A DNA stretch of 64,000 nucleotides, taken from the human T2T-CHM13v2.0 reference genome, Homo sapiens. The stretch lies in the NCBI RefSeq assembly GCF_009914755.1, contig NC_060938.1; one strand, written 5' to 3'. The translations under genes were made by a program, and so were the position numbers. The notes below the pieces were generated by a model, which did not search any database, had not been told where the DNA came from, and saw only the letters and a list, made by a program, of their open reading frames with translations. Position 1 is the stretch's first letter; each line of letters begins with the position of its first letter. Below are positions 46,420-64,000 of the stretch, piece by piece.

Positions 46420-49220
46420 AAGAAAGAGTATCTGCCATTGCAGATTGGATGTCTTGTTGGTGATATTGTTGTTCTTATCTTCCATATGACTACTGAGTTT
46501 GTGCCTAGTCTATCCATTACTAAGACAAAAGTGTTGAAGTCTGCAAATATAATTTTGGATTTTTCTAGTTCACCTTTGATTTCTTTCATGTTTTACCTCA
46601 TGTATTTGGAGGTTCTGTTGTTAGCTGCATAACCTAATTAGGAGGATGCTTACATCTTCTTGAGAATTGATTATTATATTATCTATTACCTCTCATCTCT
46701 GATACTATTTCTTGTTCTGAACTCTGTTGTGTCTAATATCTATGTAGTCCTTCAACAGCTTTATTTTATTGTTTCCATGATATGGCTTTCTCCATATCTT
46801 GATGATAACCTATTTATATCTCTATATATTTGGAGCAAGATATAAAATTTAGAGTTGATTTTTAAAAGATTTTTCAAGATTTAATTCTTATTTATTTTTG
46901 TTCTATTTGACATTCTCTGAGTCTCCTATATCTGAAGTTCCATTTTCTGTCACTTCTTTTAGAATATTTTTGGCAGTTATTTTGAAAAAAATTTCTTTTG
47001 CTCCATTATTTTTCCCTCTTTTCTTTTTGGGATTTCAGTCATAACTAGAGTAGGTAATTTCATCTCAGTCTCATGCAGGTACTTTTTCTCAGGGTCTCAG
47101 GAATGTAGCCTTCTCACACTTCTGTTCTTTTCCTGGCTGTGTTAGTGAGCTCAGTGATATTCCTCCTTCACCTTCAAGAGCAGTTTTGTTTTGTTTTTCC
47201 TGTTTTCATACTCCCAGCATCAGGAGTATTCTAAGTGTGGCAGTTTTTGTTGCCTTCCCCTGCATATTAAGTGGAATATCTTGGTCTATTTGGACTCTTA
47301 TAACAAAATAACATATACTGGGTGACTAAAAAACAACAGATATTTCTCTTTTCACACTTCTTGAGGCTGTAAGATCTCAGGTCAAGATGCTCACAAATTC
47401 AGTGTTGATGAGAGCCCATTTCATGGTTCATAGATGGTGCCTTCTTTCTATGTCCTCACACAGTGGAAGGCACACAAGAACTCCATTGAGCTTCTTTTAT
47501 AAAGGCACTAATCCCATTCATAAGGGCTCGGCCCCCAAGACCTGGTCACCTCCCAAGTGTTCTGCTCTCCCTGATCTGTGTCATATACAGACTCTCTTGG
47601 ATTTCTCACCAATTGCTTGAGAGATCGCAGTGGGTTTGTGGGGAAAAAGTTTTCAAGATGATGGATCTTTCCCAACTTCTGCAGCTGTCAGCGGTCTCCC
47701 AATCTCACCAGCCCCACTTTGTCTTTAGGAATTTATTGATTATTCCAGCTTTACTTGTCATAATGGTGTCTATTTGCATCTGTCCTATGTAAGTGCATCT
47801 GTCCTCTTTCTCCTTGCAGGTGCTTGTTTTCCCTCACATTTTGACTCAGTTCTTGGCAACCTGGTTGCTATAAAAATAAAGTCATGACTTTGAAGTTAGT
47901 TTGGTTCTTTCATTGTTGTCAGGTTAGGAAACCTATTCCATCCCAGATCTCCAAAACCCAGACTTTTTGGGGGGTTGAAATTTTAGGCTTTCTCTTTGAA
48001 TTGTAGTTTTATCTTCTTTCAGTTACAATTTGCGTTTTCATAATGATTAATGAGACTAAGCTTTTTTTGTGTAGTTGACTGTACCTTTGGATTTTTTTCC
48101 CCAAATCCCTTTTCATTTCTTATTTTCTTTATGGTTTTAGAAAATGTAGTTTACATAATTGCAGCTTGATTTTTTACTCAGGTAATGGCATGCTTAATAG
48201 AGAGAAAAAATATTAACTATATTTCCCTTTTTAATTACTGTGCTTTTTTCTTCTTTAAGGAAATATTTCATTATGTTAAATTTTAGTGTTATTCTACTCA
48301 GCTATTCCTTAACTATTATAGTATTTTGGATTTCACATATAAATTTGTAACACATCTTGAGTTTATTGTATATAGAGTAAGGCTATTTTCTATTTTTTTA
48401 AGGTAAAAATCACATAATATAAAATTAATAACTTAAGAATTTTAAAGCATACAACGCAGTTGCTTTTAGTATATTCACAATGTTCCAGGACAATTTCATC
48501 ATGTCCCTTCTAAAAACCCAATTATGCATGAAGTTGTTACACCCTGTTCTGCTTCCCTGAGCCCTAATGACCACTAATATGATTTATATCCCAGTTGATT
48601 TGCCAATTCCTGATGTTTCATGTGAATAAAATCAAGTAATATTTATCCTTTTGTGCACTTAACGTAATGCTTTCAAATTTCACCCATATTATACCATGTA
48701 TAAGTACTTCATTCTTTGTTATAGCTGGAAATTGGGTGTCCATTTATGAGTCAACAAGCATATGGATTGTTTCCACTTTTTGACTGTAAGAATATTACTG
48801 CTATAAATATTCATGCATATGTTTATTTTTTGAGCACCTAGGTTTTCTAAGATTAACAGCTGACTTAACAGAAACAATGGAAGGCAAGAGGCAGTAGAAT
48901 AATATATTCAAAAGATGCAAAGAAAAAAACTGTCAGCCACCAATTCCTTATCGAGCAATTATTTTTCAAAAATGAAGATAACAGAAAGACTTACACAGAT
49001 AAACCAAAATATTAACCGAAGTTGTTGCTGGCAGACCTACCATACAAAAAAAAAAAAAAAACACTAAAATAAATTCCTAAGGCTAAAAGCAAGTTACACA
49101 AGCCAGTCATTTGAATCCACATTTTTAAAAAAGCACTGGTATAGGTAATATTAACATTATAAAAACAGTAGAAATGCATATTTTCTCTTTATCATAAATT
49201 GTTTATAAAATAATATGCAT
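46420..49220. mobile_element. Old L1M fragments in both orientations, with an MLT1-like LTR piece at ~47270-47560
   Basis: gtgttgaagtct, ataacaaaataacatatactgggtgactaaaaaacaacaga, tataaaggcactaatcccattcat. Confidence 0.55.
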
Positions 49221-49224
49221 ATAA

Positions 49225-49520
49225 CGGCCGGGCACTATGGCTCACGCCTGTAATCTCAACATTTCGGGAGGCCGAGGCGGGCGTATTATGAGGCCAGGAG
49301 ATAGAGCCCATCCTGGCTAACACAGTGAAACCCCGTCTCTACTAAAAATACAAAAAATTAGCCAGGCGTGATGGCAGGCGCCTGTAGTCCCAGCTACTCG
49401 GGAGGCTGAAGCTGAAGAATGCATGAAGCCGGGAGATGGAGCTTGCAGTGAGCGGAGATTGTGCCACTGCACTCCAGCCTGGGTGACAGAGGGAGACTCC
49501 GTCTCAATGATAATAATAAT
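49225..49520 (+). mobile_element. Alu (Y/S-like) with (TAA)n tail
   Basis: ggccgggc start; gagcttgcagtgagc; flanking aataatatg...cataa duplication. Confidence 0.92.
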
Positions 49521-50339
49521 ATGTGCATAATGTATTGCTGAGTATTTGACATGTAGAAATGTAATACGTCTATAACATATTTTCCAGTAACATCAACAAG
49601 GAGGTAGTTGGAAGAAAAATGTATTGTGATAAGGTAATCACTCTAGATGGTAAAGCAATAATTACTAAAATATATTGTTGGCTTTGTAACTTTAATAGAT
49701 GTAACGTGTAAAGTGATAATACTTTAAAATGGAGGAAATAAAAGAGATTTGTATAAGAATGATGTTTCTATGTATTACTAAAAGTTTACTAGTATAAATT
49801 GGAAGATGATTTGAATAAATAATTTTCCATATACCTATATGGTAAACTTACAACAACAACAAAAATTCTCAAAAATATATAGTAAAATAATTCATTAGTA
49901 ATCTAGAGTTCCCTATTTTAGAAAATATTCATTCATTGCAAAATAAAGGAATAAAGAAAAATATTTGAGAAATATACAAAACAAACGGTAAAATGGCAGA
50001 CATAAATAGAATTATACCAATTATAATATTAAATGTGAGCAGATTAAAATCCCTTCAAGAGGCAGAGATTGTCAGACTGGATTAAAACAAGTGATCCCAA
50101 TATACCCGGAGATGCAAGGATACCAATGGATTGAAAGTACAAAGATGACAAAAAATATCATGCAAAGAGCAATCATAAGAACACTGAACTCATTATACTC
50201 ATAACACACGATATACACTATTAAAAATGTGAATAGGATTTTAAACATTTATATTGTAGTAATAAGGAGGTCAACGCTTTTGGTCATAGCTTTTCCCGCT
50301 TTTTGGTCATAGCTATTACAGTCATGTATGCACAGATAT

Positions 50340-50760
50340 GAGCTAAATTGTTTCCTCTATATAGATGCTGAAATCTTAACCACTGAATATGACCTCATTA
50401 GAAAATAGGTTCTTTGCAGGTGATTAAGTTAAGATAAAATCAGATGAGCCTGAATTCAATATGACTGATGTCCTTATAAAAAGAAAAAGTTTGAGTAGAG
50501 GGAGACATACACATAGGGAGAGTACCATGTGATTATGAGGGCAGAGAATAGCCAAGGAAGGCCAAAGACTGCCACTAAACCACCAGAAGCGAGAAACAAG
50601 GCACAAAAGAGACTTTCTCTCATAGCCCTTGAAGGGACCATCCCTGCTGACACCTCAATCTCAGACTTTTAGCTTCCAGGACTATAAGACTATAAATGTA
50701 TGTTGTTCAAGGCACCCAGTTTGTGTTAGTTGGTTATGGCAGCCCTAGGAAACTAATACA
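50340..50760 (+). mobile_element. MLT1-type MaLR LTR
   Basis: tatgactgatgtccttataaaaag...ccctgctgacacctcaatctcagac...ttatggcagccctaggaaactaataca. Confidence 0.8.
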
Positions 50761-52357
50761 TGAACTAATAACAAAGCACAATAACATGAAGCAAAAATTG
50801 ACAAAAGAGGAGCATCAGCAAAATGGCAGTGGAGACAGCTGCAATCTGTCATTTCCCCACAGAAACATCACACAACTAAGAGAAACTGTCCGAATAAACT
50901 TTGCCAAAACTCTGGAAAATGGTCAAAAGATTACAACAACCAAGTGAAAGCAGACTCAAGAGAAAGACAACTGGAAAACTTTATGACATTTTTAACTTGC
51001 CTTTGCAGCAGCAAATTGGCAGTTTTGAAGTATCAGAAGCCCACGTTCCCAGTGAGGAACCCTAGTCCATGGTCCAAAGGAACAAGAGAAGATCTTACCC
51101 TCAAATTACTATGTGTCTGTTCTGACTGGTCTGGGGGATACCTAAAGGACTCATGAAAGACTTTTTTTTTTCTGTGTTGCTAGAATACAGAACAGATAAG
51201 GAATGGACATTATCAAGAAACTCTGCAAGGAGACCTAACAAGCCACAGATGCTTAGGGCAAAAATTAGAGTTTACACATATAGTAGATCACCTTGAGCAC
51301 AGGAAGAAAAGTTGGAGAAGAGTATTTGGAAAACTAAGACATTCAAAATCATTCACGTACATGGGAGGGTCTAGAAAGTCACATGTATGCATAGGTTAAG
51401 CCACATGCTGACAAATGTCATAAGAAGACCCTACACTTTTACCTTGGCCGATCCCTCCCCTCAGTGCAAGCTCTGTGCAAGAGTGAACTTGAACTTCACT
51501 CAGTGCAAGAGTGAACACACACTTTGTGCCGGCTTTAAAGAACCGAGTACAAAGCCAGTCTGCATGGCCTAGAGACATATTTTGCTGGACAATGATTACT
51601 TGTTTTTCTTTTTGTTTTTGTTGTAATTGCCGGTTTGCTTAGTTCCTGACATACAAGAAAATCACTGTCAAAACATTAGCTTAACATTTGTTAAGGAAAC
51701 AAAAAGACTTCGGTGACCACACCTTATAAAGCAAACAGTTTTGTAAATCACTTTGGAAAATTTCACTAAAAATAAATCCTTAACAATATAATAAGTAAAG
51801 AAGATTTAAAACCACAAAACATTACTGTGTTTGTAGCGGGGGTGGGGGTCTGATTTACAGAGTAACCACATGGTAATTATAATTATTATAATGTCCAGTT
51901 TTCAAAAAAAGTTACAAGGAATACAAAGAATGGGAAAGTGTGACTCATTCAAAGGAACAAAACAAACTGACAGAAAATATCTCTAAGGAAACCCAGACTT
52001 CAAACTTACTAGACAAAGACTTTAAAACAACTCTCTTAATTATACTCAAATGTTAAAAGGAAAACACAAACAAAGAAATCAAGGAATCAGAAAAAATATT
52101 AAAAAGTAGGAATATCAACAGAGATAGAAGAAATTCTGGAGTGGAAAACTACAACAATAAAAATTTAAAAATCACCAGAGGGATTTAAGAGTATATTTGC
52201 ACACACAGAAGAAGTCATGAGCTTGAAGATAAGAAAATGGAAAATACTCTGAGAAACAGATAAAAAATGAGCAGAGACTAAGGAATCTGTGGGACATCAT
52301 CAAATAGACCAACATTCATATTCTAGAAGGATAAATTATGTTGTTGAAAACTTTAGC

Positions 52358-52500
52358 ATTCTTTCTTTCCACCTTTCTTCCTCCCTCTCCCTCCTCCTCC
52401 TTGTTACTTTTCTTCCTCTTCCTTTCTCTTCTTCTTTCTCTCCTTCATTATCCCTTTCTCTCTGTTTCTCTTTCTCCCTTTCTCTTTTTTCTTTTCTTTC
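52358..52500 (+). repeat. CT-rich low-complexity tract
   Basis: Direct read. Confidence 0.85.
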
Positions 52501-55500
52501 AATTTTCTCAATTACTAAGAGATGTTTAAATACCCTTACCATGTGAGTTGATATGGTTATTTCTCCCTTTAATCCTCTTTCGAGATTTATAGTCACTCTA
52601 AGTAAAGAGATAACCCCAAACATAAGCCTCACAAACAGGCTTCCATACCATTCTTAATTTGGTCCTGTAATTCTTCATTGCTCTATTAACTTTCTGATGC
52701 TTTTAAGGATGTTTTATAACAAATTGTTTAGTTTTTTTCACTGGAATGTTTATTCTGAATTATCTAATTCATATTGTAAATATAGAGGGAGTTTAATATA
52801 AAATTATTAAACTAATATTTGTGAAAGAATGTATTTGTGCATTTAACAAATATGTTAATCCTCAGACTGTTATTGGGCAGCTGAGCATACAGCAATAAAA
52901 ATAACATAATTTTTATGTGTACAATATTTATGGAATACGTTACTGGAACAAATAATTTAGTTAATAACATGACAAACGACAGAAATTGTATACACTATAG
53001 AGCATAGTAATGGAATAATGAATGATTAAAGTTATTAATATTAGGTAGAAAATGAAGGGTATCTTTGAGAGCAGAACTCAAGGAAGCAAGCAATTCGCCT
53101 TATGAGGAAAGAGTTACCTGTGGATAAAGGAGAATCTGAAAAATTTACAATTCAAGACTTTTTGAGCAAAAACAAAAATATGACTATTAGTCACCAATTC
53201 ACTACAGTGAAAAAAAAGTTGAAGAGATATCTTGGAAGTAAACCATGCTGTGGAAGAGCATGTAGGGTTTTGATAATCATGGGATGATTCTGAATTAATT
53301 TTAAATGCGATAGGAATATATGAGATAATTTCACCAGAGAATAACATGATTGTGTTTGCATTTCAAAGGGGTGTATCTGGTGCACTGTGTAGAATAAATA
53401 GGTTATGTGAGCAAATAAATTGGGAGGCTACTGTAATCCAGAGAAAACAGGTAGTGACTTAGGTGAGAATGCTGTGAGGATGAGTGGTATTAGTGGTGAG
53501 AAGTCGTTAGGCCATGGATGTATTTCATAGGACTGGCCAAGAGAACTGCAGCTAAATTGGAGTGTAGGGAGTGAAATGGAGAACTCAAATATGACTCTCA
53601 GCACTGGAAGGTGACAGCTGTCACTGAAGCATGCTGATGCCTCTTATTAAGAGAGTTACTTGGGAATGGCAAGATCAAAACTTCTCATTTTCAAATTTAT
53701 GAAAAATATTGTTTTCAGAACGAATGACTTTGGGATCAGAAATCCATCATTCTAATTGATGGTTCCAAGACTACACGGGCTCACACTCCCAAGAACAGAA
53801 GTAAATCATCACAAAGGTGCTTCCTGATAATTCTAGAGAATGGAGAATTACTGTAACATCTTTCTGATTTTAGGAGAGGAACAATTCCCTTTTTAGCCTA
53901 AATGCTATTTTTTTTTAAAGCTCAGCCAAGAGACTCCATTATAATTTTCAAAAGTGTGTAACTTAAATTCTCATATGAAATACCACTATGCGTAAATTAG
54001 TCAAAACATTTTCTCCATCTACAACTCTATCTTGTCATTGCAATCATTTTCACAGAAGTGACTGCAGCTCACAGACCCTAAAAGGAGAAAATCCAGGGTA
54101 GGTTATCTGATCTAGTTAGTTTCGAAGACAGGATCTAGAGATTATTTAATATGAAATAGGTCACCTGAAATGAAGTGTTCACTGAAAACAGCTTGGATCA
54201 GCCCAGTTTTCTACCACTGAACCATGCATTTGGTTTCAAAAACACAACAACTCTGGCTGCTTCCAACTGTGTTGAAGGTGTTAAAGAAAACAGCATAAAA
54301 TTATAAATGATCATCTGAGGCCTTTGTAGTCTCTGCTGAAGAGACTAGAGTCTTCCATTCTTAACGAAACACCCAAATATCTTAATAATTGGGCAAAATC
54401 TAAATATCGGAGAGATAATTTTATCTTGAAGATTGTTAAATTATAATGGTGATTCACTACCTTGCCACGTCTCTGAGTCAAAAATTAGAACTTTGTTTAG
54501 GAATCAATGGTACTCTGCAACTTGGAAATAGGAAGATTTTAGAAGACTCAAACACTGACTTTCTTGTGTGCAAAAAAAAGACAAATTGAGATAAGACAAG
54601 TCTTTCCTTGCAATGATACCTCTAATGCTCATACACCACCTCCCCTAACGTTAATATAGCTTCCAGGTCACTAAGCAGTGTCAGAGAGCAGCCCATGCAA
54701 CTACAAATTCAATAGATGTTGAACACAGGGTCAAGCCTAGAATAAGAAGTCTTAGCTAATTAAGTATGCTTTTTTCCCCAAATTCATATGAACAAAAACT
54801 TGGATATGTCAGAGAATGCATTCTAAGTTCACTCAACCTAGGAGGGAGAAACATAATTTTAAATTAAGAGCTGCAGCATTCTTGTCCTAACAGAAAGCAA
54901 GGAAAACGAAATATCACACCACAGGAGGGATTTCACAAATTAGTGTCAACATCAAAACCTTAAAATAGGCAAGGAGAATGCAGATTCACGATGAACTCTT
55001 GTACTTGTTTTGTTCAGAGAAGAGATGGTTCTGAGAGAATGACAGTGAACTAACCCCAGCTGGTTTAGTTGGTGCTTTCAACTGCTGCTTCTCATAAACT
55101 CCTTTAGCTAGAACAAATTGATGAGGATTTTGGCATGTGGTATTAGAGATGGTTATTAATTTTTTCCTCGTATTTGCATTGTTCAATGTAGTAAATACTA
55201 GCTGTATATGGCTACTTCAATTCAAATTAATTACAAGGAAATATACTTCAATATTGAATTTTTTAGTCACTGTTGGTTCATTATTGAATATCTTCAGCTA
55301 AGATTTCCCATCTAAATACACTAAGAGGTGGCTTAGTTAACTGGTCGTCCACAAATATTGAAGCTGATGTTAACTCCTGATATATTCTCTGCAAAGAGAA
55401 TATTCATAAGCCTCCTCCTGAAATCAGCAGCCTAGAGATAGTTTTATAAATTGGATACCAGTTGGAAATCTATACTCTTTAAGTTTTTGAAATATTAGCT

Positions 55501-56008
55501 TCCCAGGGAAGAAAATCAAATTCGTAAGTTATGTTAGGACAATTTAACTCAAGATGTTCAAAACTGAAATGACATATTCTACAATATATGATAAAACCAC
55601 CCGCTAACAACTTAAAGCAAAACAGGGATTGACCTTAAAGACCTGCCTTTGCCTCATCCCCCAGCCAATCAGTTTTCAAATCTTGCATTTTATTTCGAAA
55701 GGTCCTTATCCCCCTAGTCTCTTGTTTCTAGACTTGGCACATATTTAAGCTTGTTACCTCTATGTACTGACTTTTCTCTTTTCAAACAGTATCTATGCCT
55801 GCTAAATGTGAACATACAAAAAACAAATCAGAATGTGCCATTCTGATTTAAACTGCTTATTAGTTAATACCCTCAAGGTAACATCTGGGTTCTTAGCTGC
55901 AATGAGTCAAGCCTACTTACATCTTCTTTTGTCTTTGGCTGCACATTTCCTATCACATCACACTCCAGCAAAGCCAAGCTGTGCCGGACTTCTACCCCAT
56001 CTCCACTA

Positions 56009-56386
56009 TTTTGCCCTCCGTCGCGGCGGCTTTTTGCCCCCCCGGCGCCGCGGCTTTTTGCTCCCCCGCCGCCTCGGGTTTATGCCCGCCACGGGTTTTT
56101 GCCGCCCGCTGCGGCTTTTTGCCCCCCTCCGGTGCCGCGGTTATTTGCCCGCCGCGGCTTTTTGCCCCCGCCGCTTTGGCTTTTTGCCCCCGCCGCCGCG
56201 GCTTTTTGTGTTTTTTTGCCCCTGCTCCCACTGATTTTGCCCCCACCACCGCGGCTTTTTGCGGCTGTTTGCGCCCGCCACCGTGGCTTTTTGCCGCCCC
56301 GGCTTTTTGGCTCCGCCGCCGCGGCTTTTTCCGCCCGTCAGCGCAGCTTTTTGTTGCGGCGGCTTTTTGCCCGGCCTTTGCTGCCT
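56009..56386. repeat. Second GC-rich 'CAAAAAG'-type tandem array
   Basis: Same unit and orientation as 45298-45588. Confidence 0.9.
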
Positions 56387-57854
56387 TCTTATTTAATCAG
56401 AGCCTTAATTTGAACCTCAGGTCATCAAATCTGGAAGGTGATAACACCAAAAGAGAACACTGGAGCTGTGGGAGGGAACAACTGGGGAAAACAAGAGGAC
56501 TCTACCCAGGAAAAGAGCAAGAACACGCAGACCAACATCTCATCTGGAGGAAGTTCAGAAACACTGGAAAGCTCACACCCAGACTCAGGATCACAATATG
56601 GACCCAGGAAAAGTCGCAAAATCTCCCTTTATTCTATTGCCTTCAACCAATTTCACTATTGTCAGTTAAATATAACATTTTAACCCACCTGAAGGAGCTG
56701 AAAGAGATTCTCTGGAGGAGGGAACAGGTGATGAGACAAAGCCAAGCAGGAAAGAAAAACAAGGTATCACTGGAGCATCTGAAGTCTCTGGTGGACACAG
56801 AGCAGACTTCAACTCTGATGTCCACTGCAAAAGTAAATGTCAAATGTAGCTGTGAGAAGATTCACGGACATTTCCACAATAATTGCCTGGCAAAGATAAA
56901 GTGTGGTCAAATACAGGCAGAAAATGGATAAAATGAAATAAGCCAGTATCAACTGTCAAACCCAACATGTCTGGTTATCAACAACGATTACTACATATAT
57001 TAATGAGAAATACCAAAGTCACAATAAAGAAATAATCAGAAAGGGATTTATAAAAGATACAGGTATTATAACTAATTAAATAAGATATATAATGTAACTA
57101 TAATTCATATGTAAAAATCTCTTGAAGAAACTGTGGACATAATGCAGGACTAGATAGGGGACTGAGAGATGAAAATACTAAGAAGTAATCAAATGGAAAT
57201 GCATGAGAAATCAAAAGCAATGCAGTATAAACATTGAGCAATCTTTGGGCACACTGCTCATTAGAGCTGGCTCAGCTTTTAAATGAAACCATGCACTTAA
57301 AATGTCACTAGAAATTTAACAAGTAAATTGCAAAGGAAAAGAGTGAAGAAACTAAACAATATCAAAAGTGTAGTAAATGTATACTTTAATTCTGAAAAGT
57401 AGAAATTATAGATACAGAGAAAGTATTTGAAAAAATAATGGTTAAGAATGTTCCCAATTTTGTGAAAGACACTGAACTACAGATCCCAGAATCACAGAGA
57501 ACCCCAAGCAGAGTAAACACAGATACAGACACACACCACACATCCAACATGGACAGCGTGGTTAAAGAAAAATTGCTCACATCACACACCACACACATTT
57601 CATCAACTTTATTCCTTTTGCTTAGTTGTTTTAAATGTATTGGCATTTATAGTATTAAGTAGAAGTCTATAATTAAAATATATTATTCTATGCATAAGTC
57701 TGTCTATGCTTACCATGATCAAATACACAGCTTGGTGCAAATGAGTGTAACTATGTTGTTAGGAATTTCACTATTTCAAATAAAAATGGTATTTTTTTCA
57801 GGCTCTGTGTTGAATCACTTGTAATGTATGGCAATACAATCCTTTTTAATTAAA

Positions 57855-58975
57855 GGATTTTTTAGGTTGGCAGATAATGATTGTTTATATTTATGGGATA
57901 CAGTGTGATATTTCAATACATCTCTGCCATGTGGTTTGACCAAATCAGAACAATGAGAAAATTCATCAGCTCAGACATTAACATTTATTTGTGTTGGTAG
58001 CATACAAAATGCTCTCTTCTGGCTACTTGTAAACGTACAATATATTGTTAGCTGTAGTCATCCTACTGCGCTGTAGAACACTAGAGCATATCCCTCCCGT
58101 CTACCTGTAATTGTGCATTTGTTAACAAGCCTCTTCTTGTCTCTCAGTCTCCTCCCATTTGGAGCATCTCATAACCACTACTCTACTATTTACTTCTAGA
58201 AGATCAACTTTCTTAAACTTCCACATTAAATTGAGAAAATGTGGTATTTATTTTTCTAGTCTGTCTTCTTTCATTCACCATAAGAGTGTCCAGTTCCAAC
58301 CATGTTGCTTCAAATGGCAGAATTTCATTTTTAAGGCTGAATAATATTTCATTGTGTAAATTTACCTCATTTTATTTATCCATTCATCTGTTCATGGACA
58401 CATATGTTGATTTCATAGCTTAGCTATTTCAATTAGTGCTGCAGTAAACATGGGTGTACAGGTATCTCTTCAATTTTAGTTTTTTCTTTTAATTATTTAA
58501 ATAGATAAATACTCAGCAGTTGGATCGCTGAATTATATGGCAGTTCTATTTTTTTCCCATGATGGTTATACTAATTTACATTTCCACCAGTGGTCAATAA
58601 GAGTGTCCCCTTCTATGCAGCCTTGCTAGCTTTTGTTTTCCTTATTTTGGCTTTCTGTTAACAGAATTTCCAGCAAAGATGAAGGATGAAAAGATATCTC
58701 ATTGTGAATTTGCATGTTCCTGAATATTAGTGCTGTCTAGCAATATATGTGTGCATATATACTTATCATCTATCTATCTATTGATCCTTTCCACGTCTTC
58801 CTTTGACAGATGTTCATTCATGTTATTTGCCCATTATTATTCAGATTATTAATTGCAGTTCAGTTAATTTTATATGCTTTATAGTAATCCCTTGTCAAAT
58901 GAACAGTTTTCAAATATTGTCTATCATCTGCAGGTTCTCTCCTCACTCAACTGTTTCCTTTACTGGGCAGGAGCT
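57855..58975 (-). mobile_element. L1MA-type 3' fragment
   Basis: atttatgggatacagtgtgatattt, ttttaaggctgaataatatttcattgtgt, ctgtttcctttactgggcaggagct. Confidence 0.8.
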
Positions 58976-58979
58976 AAAA

Positions 58980-59728
58980 TTTCTTGATAGAACCTGGACA
59001 GGTGGGCTGTGGAGCTGTGGGACATTGGAGGAGAAGAGATGGTCTCCACTTGCTGTAAGCTCACACTCTATTCTTCGCTTACTCTCTGAACCATTTTATG
59101 AGGGTAGTGATGAGCCCTCACTAAATTTAATTTAATTTTCAGTAAATGGAAATTAAATGGAAATTGTATATCTTCTCAGCATGAATCCCATGGGCAGTCA
59201 TGAATTATTCTTCTGGTTATAGTAATTGATTTTTCTTGGCATGTTCATTACTAGTAATATTCAAAGTCATTTCATTTAAATCTTTGATGCTTAATTTTTT
59301 TGTTTTTGCTATGACATTCTTTCTTCTATTGAATCTTCCCTTTAGCATTATAACATGATCCAGTACCCAGGCTCAGTTGTCGTTAATAGTAACCACATAT
59401 GTTAAAAACTATGTCTTCTTTCCACAGCAGACAAGATTTTCTCTTTTCTGGGGATGAACACACACTGCTGAGCTACCCCCACTCACAAGAACATATCCAC
59501 AATTATGATATTTTCATTTATTTGACTAATAAGTTATATTATTCTCCCTTCAAGTTCTTCACCCCTCAGAAGTCCCGGACAAACTCTTCTGCATCTGGTC
59601 AAACCATAAACTCAGAAACAAAACCACATGGTGAGTAAAAGCTTACTTGGTTCTGGATATTGGGTCCAGCTCTTCCCCATTTATGTCCCACAGCACCTCA
59701 GCTCACCTGTCCAGGTTCTATCAAGAAA
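58980..59728. repeat. Inverted repeat, arms 58980-59048 and 59661-59728
   Basis: 25/25 identical outer nt and 43/46 over the outer part (tttcttgatagaacctggacaggtg...). Confidence 0.9.
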
Positions 59729-59738
59729 CCAAAACTCA

Positions 59739-64000
<4,262 letters not shown>

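Noticed and set aside
45141-46438. Overlapping Pro/Arg-rich, Phe/Ser/Leu-rich and Lys/Arg/Glu-rich ORFs
   Set aside because: Translations of the tandem array and polypurine tract, which lack stop codons by composition.
55981-56931. 316-aa ORF, the longest in the track
   Set aside because: The N-terminal half is the translated GC tandem array (AAAFCP repeats) and the rest is old L1-like DNA. It has a GTG start and no recognisable domain.
59570-59640. Possible immunoglobulin recombination signal (cagaaacaaaacc nonamer-like)
   Set aside because: No CACAGTG heptamer at 12/23 spacing and no V-exon reading frame nearby.

Overview
Primate (very probably human) genomic DNA with the features of the chr21p11 pericentromeric segmental-duplication mosaic. 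The + strand carries the 3' half of TPTE (PTEN-like, voltage-sensing phosphatase family). Ten coding exons (6103-34199) splice with GT-AG ends into one open frame of 286 aa ([10 protein letters not shown]...SSDVVAGSD*). They include the TPTE-type non-canonical P-loop HCKGGTDR and the C2 domain. The upstream intron holds a 3'-truncated processed cytochrome c pseudogene of ancestral type, abutting an internally deleted L1. Downstream and tail-to-tail is an unprocessed SLC25A15 pseudogene fragment (last two exons, with a frameshift and a nonsense codon). Next come two GC-rich 'CAAAAAG'-type tandem arrays bracketing a ~10.4 kb block with a long polypurine tract, a ~70-bp inverted repeat, and a 5'-complete older L1PA whose antisense ORF0 is open and runs out of the element. 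The rest is Alu, L1, LTR, DNA-transposon and simple-repeat DNA. Almost all ORFs in the supplied track are repeat-derived artefacts. I see no convincing wholly new biological system. The most interesting items are splice-site evolution in TPTE, fossil pseudogenes and duplication architecture. Gene and repeat names come from recognition, not database searches.
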